From assembly GCA_963674945.2 (NCBI GenBank), contig CAXXWQ010000003.1:64001-128000 (forward strand): a stretch of 64,000 nucleotides of DNA, read 5' to 3'. Shown one piece after another: positions 8,651 through 19,774 of the stretch (positions are counted from its first letter, which is position 1; every line of letters begins with the position of its first letter). A program made the translations under genes and the position numbers. Source of the stretch: an uncultured Desulfosarcina sp. GTDB taxonomy: Bacteria > Desulfobacterota > Desulfobacteria > Desulfobacterales > Desulfosarcinaceae. Under the pieces are notes generated by a model. It made no database searches and was not told the origin of the DNA. It saw only the letters and a program-made list of their open reading frames with translations.

Positions 8651-9856
8651 TTAAAAAGTAACACCATAATCCTTCCTCGCTCTTTGCCATTTTTTGGTTT
8701 CTTCCATCGCATGGGTGTAAAATGCCCCCCGACGTTTGGCGAGCACATTGCCTGTATACTCAGCGGCTTTCTTGAGATTACGACCAGACATATTTTGCAT
8801 CCGGACTGGATTTTTCAAGACCTCAAGGATCCTATCCGCCAAGGTGGTGGCGTCCTCCGGTGGTACCATATCTTCAGCTGGTAACAATTCAGGAATGCCA
8901 CCAATAGTAGACCCGATGCAAGGCAGAGCGCGGGCCATTGCCTCAATCATAGCCCTTGGTACTCCCTCTTGCCGTGATGGCAGCACAAACAGGTCAGCGC
9001 TATCGAGGATTTCCCGAAGATCGTTTTTGTTGTGAACATGGCCAGTGAAGCGGACCTTCCCTGCGACTCCCAATTTTCGCGCCAGAGAGCGCATGGCTTT
9101 TTCGTGTCTCCCTCCGCCGACCACAGTTAGAGACACGCCATTGCTCAGTCTCTCCGTGAACTTAGCAAAAGCTTGGAGCAGTATGTCTACTGCCTTGTAC
9201 ATGTGCTCGAGACTTCCCACAGTTACAAGGTTCTTTCTTAAAGATGACCGAGGCGTCGCAGCGAGCCACTCATCGTCAAGTGCGATGCTCGAATAATGTA
9301 CGGACAACGCTCCAGATCGTGTGGGATAGCGGATTTGCAGAGCCTCTTGCGTTACATAGGCCACGCCATCGACGTCACGGCATTGTAATTGAGTAAGCCA
9401 TTTATAAAGATTGCGTACGATCAAGCCCCCTGCGATGGGTTGGCTTTTCCTGCTCAAACCGTCATAGGGATCGCCCACCAGTTCCACGAAAACCGGCCGT
9501 CGGTTCCGGCACCGTAGCCAGGCATGATTTGACACTAAATCCGGCAATCGAAGTAACACCACGTCATTGGAGTTTATAATTCTCCCCATTCGCCTGTTTA
9601 TTTTACCGGCAACCTTCATGTAATCAACAGCACCCTCGTAATATGGCAAAGGCTCCGGCACTACCCCCGGTCCGTCCATCCGGACCATGTTCTCCGGGTA
9701 CCGTTTAACGTCCTTTATCCTGGACACCAAACGGACCTCTTCGAACACGTCCAAATACCTTGTCCAGAAATTATACCCGAACGTGTGTGACGGACTCCAG
9801 AACGTTCCGTCCGCCGCCCGAACGAATCTTGTGCTGCAAGTTACAATAATCTTCAT
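8651..9856 (-). CDS. GT4 glycosyltransferase
   Basis: VGSL...YKAVDIL, DLFVLPSRQEGVPRAMIEAMA (EX7E), GGIPELL. Confidence 0.9.
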   Translation of the reverse strand: MKIIVTCSTRFVRAADGTFWSPSHTFGYNFWTRYLDVFEEVRLVSRIKDVKRYPENMVRMDGPGVVPEPLPYYEGAVDYMKVAGKINRRMGRIINSNDVVLLRLPDLVSNHAWLRCRNRRPVFVELVGDPYDGLSRKSQPIAGGLIVRNLYKWLTQLQCRDVDGVAYVTQEALQIRYPTRSGALSVHYSSIALDDEWLAATPRSSLRKNLVTVGSLEHMYKAVDILLQAFAKFTERLSNGVSLTVVGGGRHEKAMRSLARKLGVAGKVRFTGHVHNKNDLREILDSADLFVLPSRQEGVPRAMIEAMARALPCIGSTIGGIPELLPAEDMVPPEDATTLADRILEVLKNPVRMQNMSGRNLKKAAEYTGNVLAKRRGAFYTHAMEETKKWQRARKDYGVTF

Positions 9857-11142
9857 AAGCCTCTTCTATATGAATGGGTCTGCGAACCGAATTGCCTCAG
9901 ACGGTCGGTACCTTCGACCGTAGCATTGAAGGCATCTAAAAGTTCTGTCATGACCTCTTTTTGAGAAAAACGCGAACGTGCTGCCTCTCGGCCAGCACGG
10001 GCAACTGCTGCAGCGCACTTAGGGTTTTTGAGAATCCACGCCAATCGTTTTGCCAAGGCCTCGGCATCGTCAGGTGGTACGAGCCATCCAGTTCGCCCGT
10101 GCGCAATAATCTCTACTATGCCGCCTACCGAAGAGCCCGTTACAGGAACCCCGGCTGCCATGGCCTCAATGAAAACACGACCTAAAGGCTCGAATGTTGG
10201 AACGGAAACAAATATGTCCAAAGAGCGGTAAAAGGAGGGCATATCCTCCAGATATCCCAGGAAACGCATTTCGTTATCCACGCCGAGAGCAGTGGAAATT
10301 GCATCATACTTCGCTACCAGACGTCCCTTTGTGTACTCATCCTCTCTTCCCGCCACAAGCCAAATAAAAGGTTTCCCTAACCTTTGCTTCAGCAATCCAG
10401 CCGCCCGGATAGCCGTGTCGATCCCCTTTACAGCCGAGATCCGCGATGCAGTACCCACAACAATAGCACCGGAAGGTAGTCCCAAAGAGGCCCGCGCATC
10501 CTTTCTGTCCCTGTCCCACGTCCTGTCGAAATCAAATCCATTATAAACGATCCTCGCTCCGCGTTTCCATCCAGACCGTGACATGCAGTCAATTGAGTAC
10601 TGGCTGTTAGCCACCATCAGGGCACTGCAACACCTTGCGGCCACCAGAGCCATCTTTTCTCTTGCTCCTCCAGGTTCCCTCCATGCGTGGATATGACACA
10701 GAACTGGCAAGCCCAAGAGTCGCGCTACCGGGGCGACAAGAGGAATATCTCTTCTTCCATACACATACAGTAGGTCAGGCTTTAGTACGGTCATTCGAAC
10801 CGCAAACTGGAGAGCAAGAAATACTGAAACTACTGCGAATCCAATGGCCTTCATCATCCGCATCCGCTTAAGGGGACCCATGTACCTGTACCAACCCGGT
10901 GTGCGCAATATGCCGCATGGATGCCCCCGCTTTCGGCATTCCTCGACAAAAGGGCCAGGAAAACATGAAATAAATGACAAGTTCCAGCCATATGCACCCA
11001 GAGCGTCCGCTATGTCCAGGGTAGCCAGTTGGGCTCCACCAAGGTTTGGCATGGATAATAACATGAGCGCTCGCCTGCGTTTGCTAGGAATCTTGCCCTG
11101 TCTAATTCTCATAGCATCGTCCGAATTTGAAATTGGGTTCAT
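9853..11142 (-). CDS. GT4 glycosyltransferase
   Basis: GGAQ, VYNG, SRISAVKG, EPLGRVFIEAMAAG (EX7E), GGIVEII. Confidence 0.9.
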   Translation of the reverse strand: MNPISNSDDAMRIRQGKIPSKRRRALMLLSMPNLGGAQLATLDIADALGAYGWNLSFISCFPGPFVEECRKRGHPCGILRTPGWYRYMGPLKRMRMMKAIGFAVVSVFLALQFAVRMTVLKPDLLYVYGRRDIPLVAPVARLLGLPVLCHIHAWREPGGAREKMALVAARCCSALMVANSQYSIDCMSRSGWKRGARIVYNGFDFDRTWDRDRKDARASLGLPSGAIVVGTASRISAVKGIDTAIRAAGLLKQRLGKPFIWLVAGREDEYTKGRLVAKYDAISTALGVDNEMRFLGYLEDMPSFYRSLDIFVSVPTFEPLGRVFIEAMAAGVPVTGSSVGGIVEIIAHGRTGWLVPPDDAEALAKRLAWILKNPKCAAAVARAGREAARSRFSQKEVMTELLDAFNATVEGTDRLRQFGSQTHSYRRGL

Positions 11143-11218
11143 GCCGTGTGGCTTTATAGATAAGCAGGACGAATCCCTATCTGGATTACGAAGTGTATTT
11201 TTGATGTCAAAAAAATGT

Positions 11219-12592
11219 CTAAACTAAACTTTTGCGACATTTCAAATTGGCGAAAGGGTGACAAGGCAATTTTACACCCTTCCAGTAGCAATCCAATTTT
11301 TGGCTCTTTGGATCAAAATTCTTAATACCTGAAGTCAGATGGCTGTGTCTCAAGTGAACAATTGTCATTAAGAAAAAATCTATGTATCGCACGGGAGACC
11401 ACATTACAGGGGTACTTGTAATAAAGAAAAAAAAGTAACCTAAATAGGCCCAGAAAATACCTGTAAAAAGTCCAGCCATAATTACGTTCGAGTCGTACTT
11501 TTTGATATAGGATACTCTTGAAATCGTTCTATAATAATACACAGTCCAAAAAATGACACCAGCAAGGCCCATGTTTTTTAAAATAGCGATATAATTGTTG
11601 TGAGGATGCGTCTCTTCAATGGAAAAGCCGTCACCAAACACCAGCCACCTGACATTAACTTTCGAAAGGGAGTCCATCCATACGTGTAATCGTCCAGCCG
11701 TTCTACCTTCCAAATCGTTTGTTTCCCATTGTTTTTTTGTTACCATCAAACGCTCACCTAAATAATCGAACTGATGAATGGCAAACAATCCCGTAATGAA
11801 CAAAAAAGCAGCTATCAAGATCCCAGCAATTCGTTTTTTTGAAAAAAATATGCTCATAAACAACGGAAAAAATATAAAAACATATCCAGATCTTGACCCA
11901 GAGACCAATATGCTAATAAAGAAAAAACAAGACAAAAGCATGTAAATAAGCTTTTTAAATTTGTCTGTAATAATTCTCGAAACAAAATATACTAACACCC
12001 CTGCGAATCCCAAAACGCCTCCAGCACGATCATGTGTTAAAAATGGACCTATAATTTGATATTCACTCATCCCTTTATCTGTAAACAGCCATGCCGGTAC
12101 TTGAAACGGATTATAAATGTTGGGATATATGGAATAGATAAGTACAAATAATGCACCGATTGTACATCCAAAAATAAGTGATCCAAAAAGATGTTCAATT
12201 GTTTTAACTCTATTTTTTGTTGAACATAAAGAGAAAGTCAGACATACAATTCCAATTGATTTTAAAAAACGTTTTGCGACTTCTGAAATGGATAGTTCGA
12301 CCCCCATTAGCAAGCTGCTTAAATCACCTAACAACGCAATAGAGCAAAAAACACTAGCGGCTACAAAGGGCCATTTCACATTAATATTATGGTGATTCCA
12401 AATAATACTGCCGATAAAAAGGCAGACAATGAAAAGGTCATCAAATCCTGCATTCAATGGTAATTTTTGCCACAACAGCCAACTGGGGTAGCAAAGTATT
12501 ATAGAAAAAAAAAGTAAAATCCCAACACTTGGTTTAAACAGGGCAATCAAGCAGAAAACCAAATATAAGCAAATAACAATATAGAGTAGAAT
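11219..12592 (-). CDS. O-antigen ligase/Wzy-like polytopic membrane protein; possible ATT start
   Basis: About 11-12 hydrophobic segments with SGSRSG, GRLHVW and HPHNNY motifs of the Wzy_C/WaaL superfamily. The frame is open upstream of the TTG (12562) to an ATT at 12592 preceded by AAAGGA. Confidence 0.8.
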   Translation of the reverse strand: MLLYIVICLYLVFCLIALFKPSVGILLFFSIILCYPSWLLWQKLPLNAGFDDLFIVCLFIGSIIWNHHNINVKWPFVAASVFCSIALLGDLSSLLMGVELSISEVAKRFLKSIGIVCLTFSLCSTKNRVKTIEHLFGSLIFGCTIGALFVLIYSIYPNIYNPFQVPAWLFTDKGMSEYQIIGPFLTHDRAGGVLGFAGVLVYFVSRIITDKFKKLIYMLLSCFFFISILVSGSRSGYVFIFFPLFMSIFFSKKRIAGILIAAFLFITGLFAIHQFDYLGERLMVTKKQWETNDLEGRTAGRLHVWMDSLSKVNVRWLVFGDGFSIEETHPHNNYIAILKNMGLAGVIFWTVYYYRTISRVSYIKKYDSNVIMAGLFTGIFWAYLGYFFFFITSTPVMWSPVRYIDFFLMTIVHLRHSHLTSGIKNFDPKSQKLDCYWKGVKLPCHPFANLKCRKSLV

Positions 12593-12604
12593 TGGATTAT
12601 CCTT

Positions 12605-13480
12605 TCATCGAAGAATCCATTTTCTTAGTGGGAACCTGATAATGCGTGCCGTTATACCGAGAATCCAATATCTCAACAAATATCTTTTAGGGCAGTGTCT
12701 CAAAGCGATAATGGTGAAGTTTTTTAAATTCCCAAAGCTTTTAACACCAAATAGATGCTGAAAATAGCCTTTAAAAGATGCGTCTTTTTTGTTTTTTTCT
12801 GCACCGGATTCATCAACGTGACTATACAACTTTGCATCTAAGTTGCCGTACAGGTCGAAACCATTTTTTACCGCTCGAAAAGTAAAATCGTCATCGGCGC
12901 AGTATTGAGGCAGATGTTTCTCGTCGAAATATCCGATTTTCTGAAAAACAGATGCGGGGACCCATAATCCTCTGCCGCAAAAATGTGAAATTGGGATAAT
13001 CCCTTTTCTATCTTTTTCATTGTATTCGTCCAAGACATTTATCGAGCTACATTTCTTCCAATTCTTAGTGCTGCCAGCCCAGTTGGATTTAAAATTCGAT
13101 ATGTCGAAAATATGGGACCCAAACAGAGCATCCGGTTTTGCTTTGGCCCAGATGATCATCTTCTCCATATAATCATCAGACACTTCGAGGTCATTGTTTA
13201 ATGACAATACATAATCGGCCCCCTGGCTAATTGCGTATTTTACACCAATGTTCATAGAGGCCGACCACCATAAATCACCGGCCTTTCGAATAACGATTAC
13301 CTGCGGATATAGCGTATTGATCGCCTCCGTCGATCCATCCGTCGACCCGTCGTCCACAACGACAACGTTAAATCCAGTGATCGTCTGTTCGTAAAGAGAC
13401 TGCAAACAACTTAACGTCAACTCTTTTCGATTAAAAATGCATATGACGACCCAAATCTTTGAAACATCGATTGTGATCAT
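12605..13480 (-). CDS. GT2 glycosyltransferase
   Basis: FNRKELT, VVVDDGSTDGS, LWWSASMN, LNND, YCADDDF. Confidence 0.92.
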   Translation of the reverse strand: MITIDVSKIWVVICIFNRKELTLSCLQSLYEQTITGFNVVVVDDGSTDGSTEAINTLYPQVIVIRKAGDLWWSASMNIGVKYAISQGADYVLSLNNDLEVSDDYMEKMIIWAKAKPDALFGSHIFDISNFKSNWAGSTKNWKKCSSINVLDEYNEKDRKGIIPISHFCGRGLWVPASVFQKIGYFDEKHLPQYCADDDFTFRAVKNGFDLYGNLDAKLYSHVDESGAEKNKKDASFKGYFQHLFGVKSFGNLKNFTIIALRHCPKRYLLRYWILGITARIIRFPLRKWILR

Positions 13481-13481
13481 T

Positions 13482-14354
13482 TTATAAACTTCTAAAATGG
13501 TTTAAAAATCTTCCAATCGGACTGCGTTCTTCCACACCTCGCAAACCGAATCTTACCGAAGTATACCTCAGCCACAAAATCAAGAGGGATTTTGATCGAA
13601 TGAATAGCAGACTTGGTTTTCTAATATAATGTCGAAAATATTTCCTTAAAAAATAGTATTCAGCAGTCATGGATCTATAAATACCACCCAGGGAATTGCT
13701 CAGAGTCAAACGGTCCGTTCGGTTTTCATAATATTTCGTAGTGATCTCCTTTGAGAAATAAACGTCACAAATATTATTGACGATGCAGTTCGTAAAAAAT
13801 TCCCAGTCAACCCTTTTTAAAAATCGCTCGTCAAATCCATTTGTTTTTTCAAAAACCTCTCGTCTACACATTACAGTCGAGTTGTATATGATTCCGTTTG
13901 AAATTAATAAGTGTGCTTTCAGATCTTTGGGTGGCAAAATGATTTTTTTTGATATGTTCCCTTCTTTATCTACCAATTCTATATTGCTGCAAATTAATCC
14001 ATATTTACTCCAGTTTTTATTTTTTAGAAAATGAACCTGCTTTTCCAATTTATAATTATCGATCCACTCATCATCATCATCCATGAAGGCGATATATTTG
14101 CCACGACTATGAAGAAAGGCGATATTTCGTGTGTAGGCATTTCCACGGTTTTTATTGTTCTTATAGTATTTTATGCGTGGATCCAGGCCCGCAAACCCAA
14201 GAACCACATTTTCCGTATCATCAGTAGATCCGTCGTTAACAACGACGACCTCAATATGTCGATAACTTTGACTCAGGACACTTTTGATACATCTGCCCAA
14301 AATAGAAGCACGATTGTATGTTGTAATATTTACACTTACCAAACATTCACTCAT
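13482..14354 (-). CDS. GT2 glycosyltransferase
   Basis: VSVNITTYNR, VNDGSTD, IAFMDDDD, FDE...DWEF. Confidence 0.92.
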   Translation of the reverse strand: MSECLVSVNITTYNRASILGRCIKSVLSQSYRHIEVVVVNDGSTDDTENVVLGFAGLDPRIKYYKNNKNRGNAYTRNIAFLHSRGKYIAFMDDDDEWIDNYKLEKQVHFLKNKNWSKYGLICSNIELVDKEGNISKKIILPPKDLKAHLLISNGIIYNSTVMCRREVFEKTNGFDERFLKRVDWEFFTNCIVNNICDVYFSKEITTKYYENRTDRLTLSNSLGGIYRSMTAEYYFLRKYFRHYIRKPSLLFIRSKSLLILWLRYTSVRFGLRGVEERSPIGRFLNHFRSL

Positions 14355-14445
14355 AACAACTAATTTTTCTTCCGGCCAGGATAATGTTTAACATTTCATT
14401 TGCCCAGTGTTTCTCAAATACTTCTTTCATCACCTTGCCCCCAAT

Positions 14446-15975
14446 TTAATATTTTTTTTGCACAACTAACTTTGCCACATGCCAATATTTTTTGGCCGTT
14501 TCATACCCTTCCGGCAATAGAATCCAGACGATACAAAATACTGCTAATCCAAGAAACAACATAAGCGGCAATGATTGGTAATATATTAAATTAATTTCTT
14601 CTTTGATCCAAAGGACAATTACTGCCATAGCCATACTGGACAAAAACGGTCTCCAAATCGCTACAAAAAAATCAATACATTTAATTGAGGTAGCACGATA
14701 AGCATAAATCAAAGACGGAAGTAAAACTAAGTAATTAATAATAGCATATGCAGTGGCTATACCTAACGCCCCCCATGGCAATCCTGCAAAGAATGAGATT
14801 ACAACCAAAACAGAATTGATCAAACCCCATTTGAAGTATCTATTCCCTTGTCCCAATGAAAGCATGACAAGGCCTGTTGATGTAGCAACTGGTTGGATAA
14901 AACCTGCAAAGGAAAGTGCTTTAAAAATACCATCCATTTCAAGCCAGTTTTGCCCAAAAACGAAGAGAATAACTTCTTTTGAGCAAACAAACAGAAAAGC
15001 AACCAAAGGCATACTAACCAATGAAAGTAAATTAAGATAGTTTATATAATAATTTTTAAACGCAGTTGGTTCATCTTGCAGCTTGCTCAACGCTGGGGTA
15101 GAAACTTGCAACAGCGGCTGCCTCAAATTTTTTATTGGCAACATCATGATTTGATATGCCTTTGCGTATAATCCCAATGGAACTGAGCCATGAAAACGTC
15201 CGATCAGAATGTTGTCCATATTTCTAGCAAAATAATTCACCAGGTCAAAACCAGTTACATTCAATCCGAACTTCAACATTTTTCTAACGCCTGACCCGCG
15301 CCTTGGTAACCCGGGCAACCAAGCGCAACCAATCCATATTCCAATGGAGCGGATACCCGAGGTGGTCAATTGCATGATAACCAACGCCCAGTATCCGAAA
15401 CCGGATAGCGCAGATAGAACGGCACTCAACAACCCTATAACCAGAGATACGATTTCAATGGTCTCGAGTACACCAAATTTCATTTGCCGCTTCATCAACG
15501 CAGAATGCTGAATTGAAAGCCCGCCCAAAATGAATGACAGGCTCATAAACAATGTAATTTTCGTGAGGCGTGGATCCTTATAAAACCAGGCAATTGCCGG
15601 TGCGGCCAACGCAACCAGGCATGCCATCAGCGAACTGACGGCAAGATTAATCCAAAAAAGCGTGCTGACTTGCTGATGATTGATCTCCGATTGCTGAATT
15701 GTTGCAATTGACAGGCCCAAGTCCTTGAACATTACCACCATTCCCGTAACAGCGGTAACCATGGCCAGCAGGCCGAAATCCGCCGGCGAAAGCAGGCGTG
15801 CCAGAATCATCGTCGAGCCTATCTGCATAGCAAACTTTGCCGCTTGGGAGCCCATGGTTATGGCGCCGCTCCGGATGGATTTCCGTGTCAGACTTTGTTC
15901 TGAATACCTGTTCTGGAATAGGTCATAATACCGGTTGTTTTTCCCGGACTTGGATCTTTTACTTATACTGGTCAT
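14446..15975 (-). CDS. wzx: Wzx-type oligosaccharide flippase (WzxC-like)
   Basis: ILARLLSPADFG, DLGLSIATIQ, NMDNILIGR...LGLYAKAY, about 12-14 TM. Confidence 0.9.
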   Translation of the reverse strand: MTSISKRSKSGKNNRYYDLFQNRYSEQSLTRKSIRSGAITMGSQAAKFAMQIGSTMILARLLSPADFGLLAMVTAVTGMVVMFKDLGLSIATIQQSEINHQQVSTLFWINLAVSSLMACLVALAAPAIAWFYKDPRLTKITLFMSLSFILGGLSIQHSALMKRQMKFGVLETIEIVSLVIGLLSAVLSALSGFGYWALVIMQLTTSGIRSIGIWIGCAWLPGLPRRGSGVRKMLKFGLNVTGFDLVNYFARNMDNILIGRFHGSVPLGLYAKAYQIMMLPIKNLRQPLLQVSTPALSKLQDEPTAFKNYYINYLNLLSLVSMPLVAFLFVCSKEVILFVFGQNWLEMDGIFKALSFAGFIQPVATSTGLVMLSLGQGNRYFKWGLINSVLVVISFFAGLPWGALGIATAYAIINYLVLLPSLIYAYRATSIKCIDFFVAIWRPFLSSMAMAVIVLWIKEEINLIYYQSLPLMLFLGLAVFCIVWILLPEGYETAKKYWHVAKLVVQKKY

Positions 15976-15999
15976 TAAACAGAATAGACAATACAGCCC

Positions 16000-17322
16000 T
16001 TATGGATCAATTCGTGAAAGGGTCAGGTGAGAAAGTGGAAATGCTTTATCCATTTTAATTGATTTGGAACCAACATGGCTGCTGTGTATAGTTATCGTTC
16101 CCTTAATCTCGCTGGGAAATTTGTCGCCATTGTCAATGACCATGAAAGGCCTGCTTTTATCCTCAAACAAATGGCATTTAATAAATTCAACGTTTCCTGT
16201 ACTCTGAATATGGCTCTCTTCTATTCGGATATAAAAAGGGCTCAGCCAGGATTTATGCGCAAATTTTTTGCTTGTGGCCACATTTTTCCACGCACAGCTT
16301 TCCATAGTCAGTTTTGCGCTGTCGATAGGTTTGTCCACTATATACAAGCCGGTAAGGGAGACATTAGTAAATGTACAATTCTTAAACTTGATTTCACCTT
16401 CTGAACCACTACTGGGTAACTTGCCTATAGTCACTGCATGTTGAAAACAATTGTTAAAATTTCCATCTTCACATAGAATACTTACCGGTTTTGATTGACT
16501 GTTTAACTTGTTCAGCCAGATCAGCAGTCCGGCACCCTGATTTTTCTGAAAGCTGCATTTCTTAATACTTATATTGCTAAGCCGGTCTGAGGAATAGTTT
16601 GGCTCCAAATCAATGCCTGCGGCGGGTTTGGTGCCAATAGTATTTTCGAAGGTGGAATTAAGGATGGAAAGATTAACAGCTGAAGTTATACTCATTCCCT
16701 GGCGGTAATTGTCGCTAAAGCAGCAATTTTCGACAACAATATTTTTACACGGCTTTGATTTCCAACTTCCGATATATATTCCGTCGCCTCCGCTGCTGCT
16801 AACTTCCAAACCGGACACCTGAATATCTGAGCATCCCCTCAAGGAAATAATGTGCCGCCATTCCGACTCTGCGTAATCGCCACCGGTGTAATCCTCTTTC
16901 CACATACCGATTTTATTATTGGTGCCTTTTATCGAAGCATTCTTAATCCCATTTCCTGAAAACAGACAATCCTTTTTGCCCTTGAATGCACCTCTTTTTG
17001 CCATCAACGTGACACCGGGTTCAATAATTATTTCCTGATTGCTTGCAAGCCTGATCGGCCTCAGATTCCAGATTGCACCCATATTGGGAATAATGACGGT
17101 TTTCGCACCGCTATCTATAGCAGCCTGAAGTGAATTTGTACCATCATCTTTGTCAAATCCCCATTCTATAACACTTACAACATTCGCAGTATCCGCCTTT
17201 GCGGAAATGTTTTTAGGGTAGGCCAATTGATTATCAACAGCATACGAAACCGAGCATGAAGCATATATCGCGATTACAGCAAACGCTATAACAAATATAT
17301 ATTTCTTGAATAATCTTTTCAT
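16000..17322 (-). CDS. Secreted right-handed parallel beta-helix protein (pectate-lyase-like fold, putative polysaccharide-modifying enzyme)
   Basis: Signal peptide from MKRLFKK (17322); WGFDKDDGTNSLQAAID, SSGGDGIYI, NYRQGMSI, PAAGIDLEPN. Confidence 0.75.
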   Translation of the reverse strand: MKRLFKKYIFVIAFAVIAIYASCSVSYAVDNQLAYPKNISAKADTANVVSVIEWGFDKDDGTNSLQAAIDSGAKTVIIPNMGAIWNLRPIRLASNQEIIIEPGVTLMAKRGAFKGKKDCLFSGNGIKNASIKGTNNKIGMWKEDYTGGDYAESEWRHIISLRGCSDIQVSGLEVSSSGGDGIYIGSWKSKPCKNIVVENCCFSDNYRQGMSITSAVNLSILNSTFENTIGTKPAAGIDLEPNYSSDRLSNISIKKCSFQKNQGAGLLIWLNKLNSQSKPVSILCEDGNFNNCFQHAVTIGKLPSSGSEGEIKFKNCTFTNVSLTGLYIVDKPIDSAKLTMESCAWKNVATSKKFAHKSWLSPFYIRIEESHIQSTGNVEFIKCHLFEDKSRPFMVIDNGDKFPSEIKGTITIHSSHVGSKSIKMDKAFPLSHLTLSRIDP

Positions 17323-17362
17323 CGGAACTGTCCCAACTTCATTGACAGACAGCGGTAGGCCA

Positions 17363-18427
17363 TCATCGGCAATATTGGCCATTAAATGACACATTATTTT
17401 TATTGGCTTTTTTCAAATACCAACTCACTGTCTGACGTAATCCCTTTTTAATGTCATAAACCGCTTCATATCCAAGCAGTTCTCTGGCCTTACGTATTTC
17501 GGCCAAGGAATGCCGTACGTCTCCAGGCCGAAAATCCAGATAGATCGGTTCGGCCCGTTCGGCAGTAGTAAAATGTGTAGAAACGTTTTCCTGAATCAAA
17601 GAAAACAATTTATTTAGTGTCGTCTGCTCACCTACAGCAACGTTGTATACCTGGTTAACGGCGTCATTATTCCTGGTGGTTGCGGCAAGCAGGTTGGCTT
17701 GAATGCAATTCTCGATATAACAGAAGTCCCGACTGGTTTCTCCGTCACCGTTGATGTATACCGGTTCACCATTGATCAGGGCATGGTACCATTTGGGTAT
17801 TACTGCGGCATAGGCACCATGTGGATCTTGTCGTCGTCCGAATATATTGAAATAACGCAGACCGATTGTTTGCATGCCATAGATACGGGCAAACACGTCC
17901 GCATAAAGTTCATTGACATACTTGGACACAGCGTAAGGAGAGAGCGGCTTGCCGATGGTGTGCTCTACTTTTGGCAGGTCCGGATGATCGCCATAGGTTG
18001 AGCTGGAAGCAGCGTAGACAAATCGGTCCACACCGGAATCCCGAGCGGTGACCAGCATGTTTAGAAAACCATCGATATTATTGGCATTGGTGTTGATTGG
18101 ATCTTCAATGGAGCGTGGCACGGATCCAAGCGCGGCCTGGTGCAGGACGATCTGCACCCCCTTGCAGGCCTTACGGCAATCTTCTAAATTTCGGATATCT
18201 CCTCTTATAAAATTAAAGTTATTCCATTGCTCTTCAGTAATGTTTTTTCTCACTTCATCAAGGTTGTGCTGATATCCTGTTGAAAAATTATCCAGTCCAA
18301 CCACTCGCTGGTTTAGTATCAGTAACACTTCCAGCAGGTTTGATCCGATAAAGCCTGCACAGCCTGTAACCAACCAGTTCCTTGGATTGGATAGAAGCTC
18401 ATTTTTTACAGTCTCATAAAAAGTCAT
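17363..18427 (-). CDS. UDP-GlcNAc(A) C4-epimerase, WbpP/TviC-like
   Basis: [65 protein letters not shown]. Confidence 0.92.
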   Translation of the reverse strand: MTFYETVKNELLSNPRNWLVTGCAGFIGSNLLEVLLILNQRVVGLDNFSTGYQHNLDEVRKNITEEQWNNFNFIRGDIRNLEDCRKACKGVQIVLHQAALGSVPRSIEDPINTNANNIDGFLNMLVTARDSGVDRFVYAASSSTYGDHPDLPKVEHTIGKPLSPYAVSKYVNELYADVFARIYGMQTIGLRYFNIFGRRQDPHGAYAAVIPKWYHALINGEPVYINGDGETSRDFCYIENCIQANLLAATTRNNDAVNQVYNVAVGEQTTLNKLFSLIQENVSTHFTTAERAEPIYLDFRPGDVRHSLAEIRKARELLGYEAVYDIKKGLRQTVSWYLKKANKNNVSFNGQYCR

Positions 18428-18454
18428 TTTGGTAAAACACCTAAGAGTCGGTGC

Positions 18455-19774
18455 TCACGCCTTGACGACATTTTCCACATGATCGGTGTACACGCCCCGC
18501 GTATCCACGATGAGCCGTGCGTGGCGCAAGATCAACTCGTAATCGAAACAGTCATGGTTGGTGGCCACGACGACGCAGTCGGCCAATTCGAGGACCTCTG
18601 CGGTAAGTTCCGTCGAAGTCAGGTCGAAATCGTATTTGCGCATCTTCTTGAACTTGGGAATATAGGGGTCCGCGTAGGAAATCACGGCCCCTTTTTTCTG
18701 CAGCAGGGATATGATCTCCATGGATGGAGATTCACGGTCGTCGTCCACATTCTTTTTATACGCCAGTCCCAACATCAGGATGTCGGCACCTTTTAGCGAT
18801 TGTCCACGTTCATTCAGGGCATCCATTATCCTGGTGACGACATACTGGGGCATGGACGTGTTGACCTCGCCCGCCAGTTCGATAAAGCGCGTGTTTATCC
18901 CGTATTCACGGGCTTTCCAGGTCAGGTAAAACGGATCGATGGGAATGCAATGCCCCCCGAGTCCCGGTCCCGGATAAAACGGGGTGAAGCCGAAGGGTTT
19001 GGTGGAGGCGGCCCGGATGACTTCGTAAATATCTATGCCCATTCGGTCGGCCACGACCTTCAGTTCGTTGACCAGCCCGATGTTCACCGAGCGGTAGATA
19101 TTTTCCAGCAGTTTGGTCATCTCCGCCGTCATGGTGGAGGAGACCAGTACGACACGCTCGATGACCGATTGATACAGGGCCTTGCCGACGGCAAGGCAGT
19201 TTTCGGTTTCTCCGCCGCAGACCTTGGGAATGGTATGGGTGGTAAAATCCGGATTTCCCGGATCTTCTCGTTCCGGTGAATACACCAGAAACATGTCTTC
19301 ACCGATAGTGAAACCGGCATTTTCTAAGGGCGGACGGATCACCTCCGTTGTCGTTCCGGGATAGGTCGTACTCTCCAGGGAAACCATCTGTCCCTTTCTC
19401 AAATGGGGCAGGATGGTCGCAATGCTCGAAACAACGAATGAAAGATCCGGTTCGCGATGGTTGTTGAGCGGTGTTGGCACGCACAGCAGGATCGCATCGG
19501 CCTGGGTTGCTCTGGAAAAATCGGTGGTGGCATCAAGCAGGTCTTTTTCGATCGCCGCTCGTATCCTGCCTTCATCGATGTGCCGGATGTAGGATCTTCC
19601 TGCCAGCAGTGCTTTTTCCTTTGCGGGGTCGATGTCCATTCCGAGCACCGAAAAGCCGACCTCAGCGAAACGCAGTGCCAAAGGAAGTCCGACGTAACCC
19701 AATCCAACGATGCCGATGATGGCACGGCGGTCGGCAAAATTTTGTACCAAGGTGTTGACGAAAGAATCGTTCAT
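18455..19774 (-). CDS. Nucleotide-sugar 6-dehydrogenase, WbpA/WecC-like
   Basis: [54 protein letters not shown]. Confidence 0.93.
   Translation of the reverse strand: MNDSFVNTLVQNFADRRAIIGIVGLGYVGLPLALRFAEVGFSVLGMDIDPAKEKALLAGRSYIRHIDEGRIRAAIEKDLLDATTDFSRATQADAILLCVPTPLNNHREPDLSFVVSSIATILPHLRKGQMVSLESTTYPGTTTEVIRPPLENAGFTIGEDMFLVYSPEREDPGNPDFTTHTIPKVCGGETENCLAVGKALYQSVIERVVLVSSTMTAEMTKLLENIYRSVNIGLVNELKVVADRMGIDIYEVIRAASTKPFGFTPFYPGPGLGGHCIPIDPFYLTWKAREYGINTRFIELAGEVNTSMPQYVVTRIMDALNERGQSLKGADILMLGLAYKKNVDDDRESPSMEIISLLQKKGAVISYADPYIPKFKKMRKYDFDLTSTELTAEVLELADCVVVATNHDCFDYELILRHARLIVDTRGVYTDHVENVVKA

Noticed and set aside
12505..12513. A9 homopolymer as a phase-variation switch in the ligase-like gene
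   Set aside because: A/T runs of this length are expected in AT-rich, Phe-rich membrane-protein genes, and the frame is intact.
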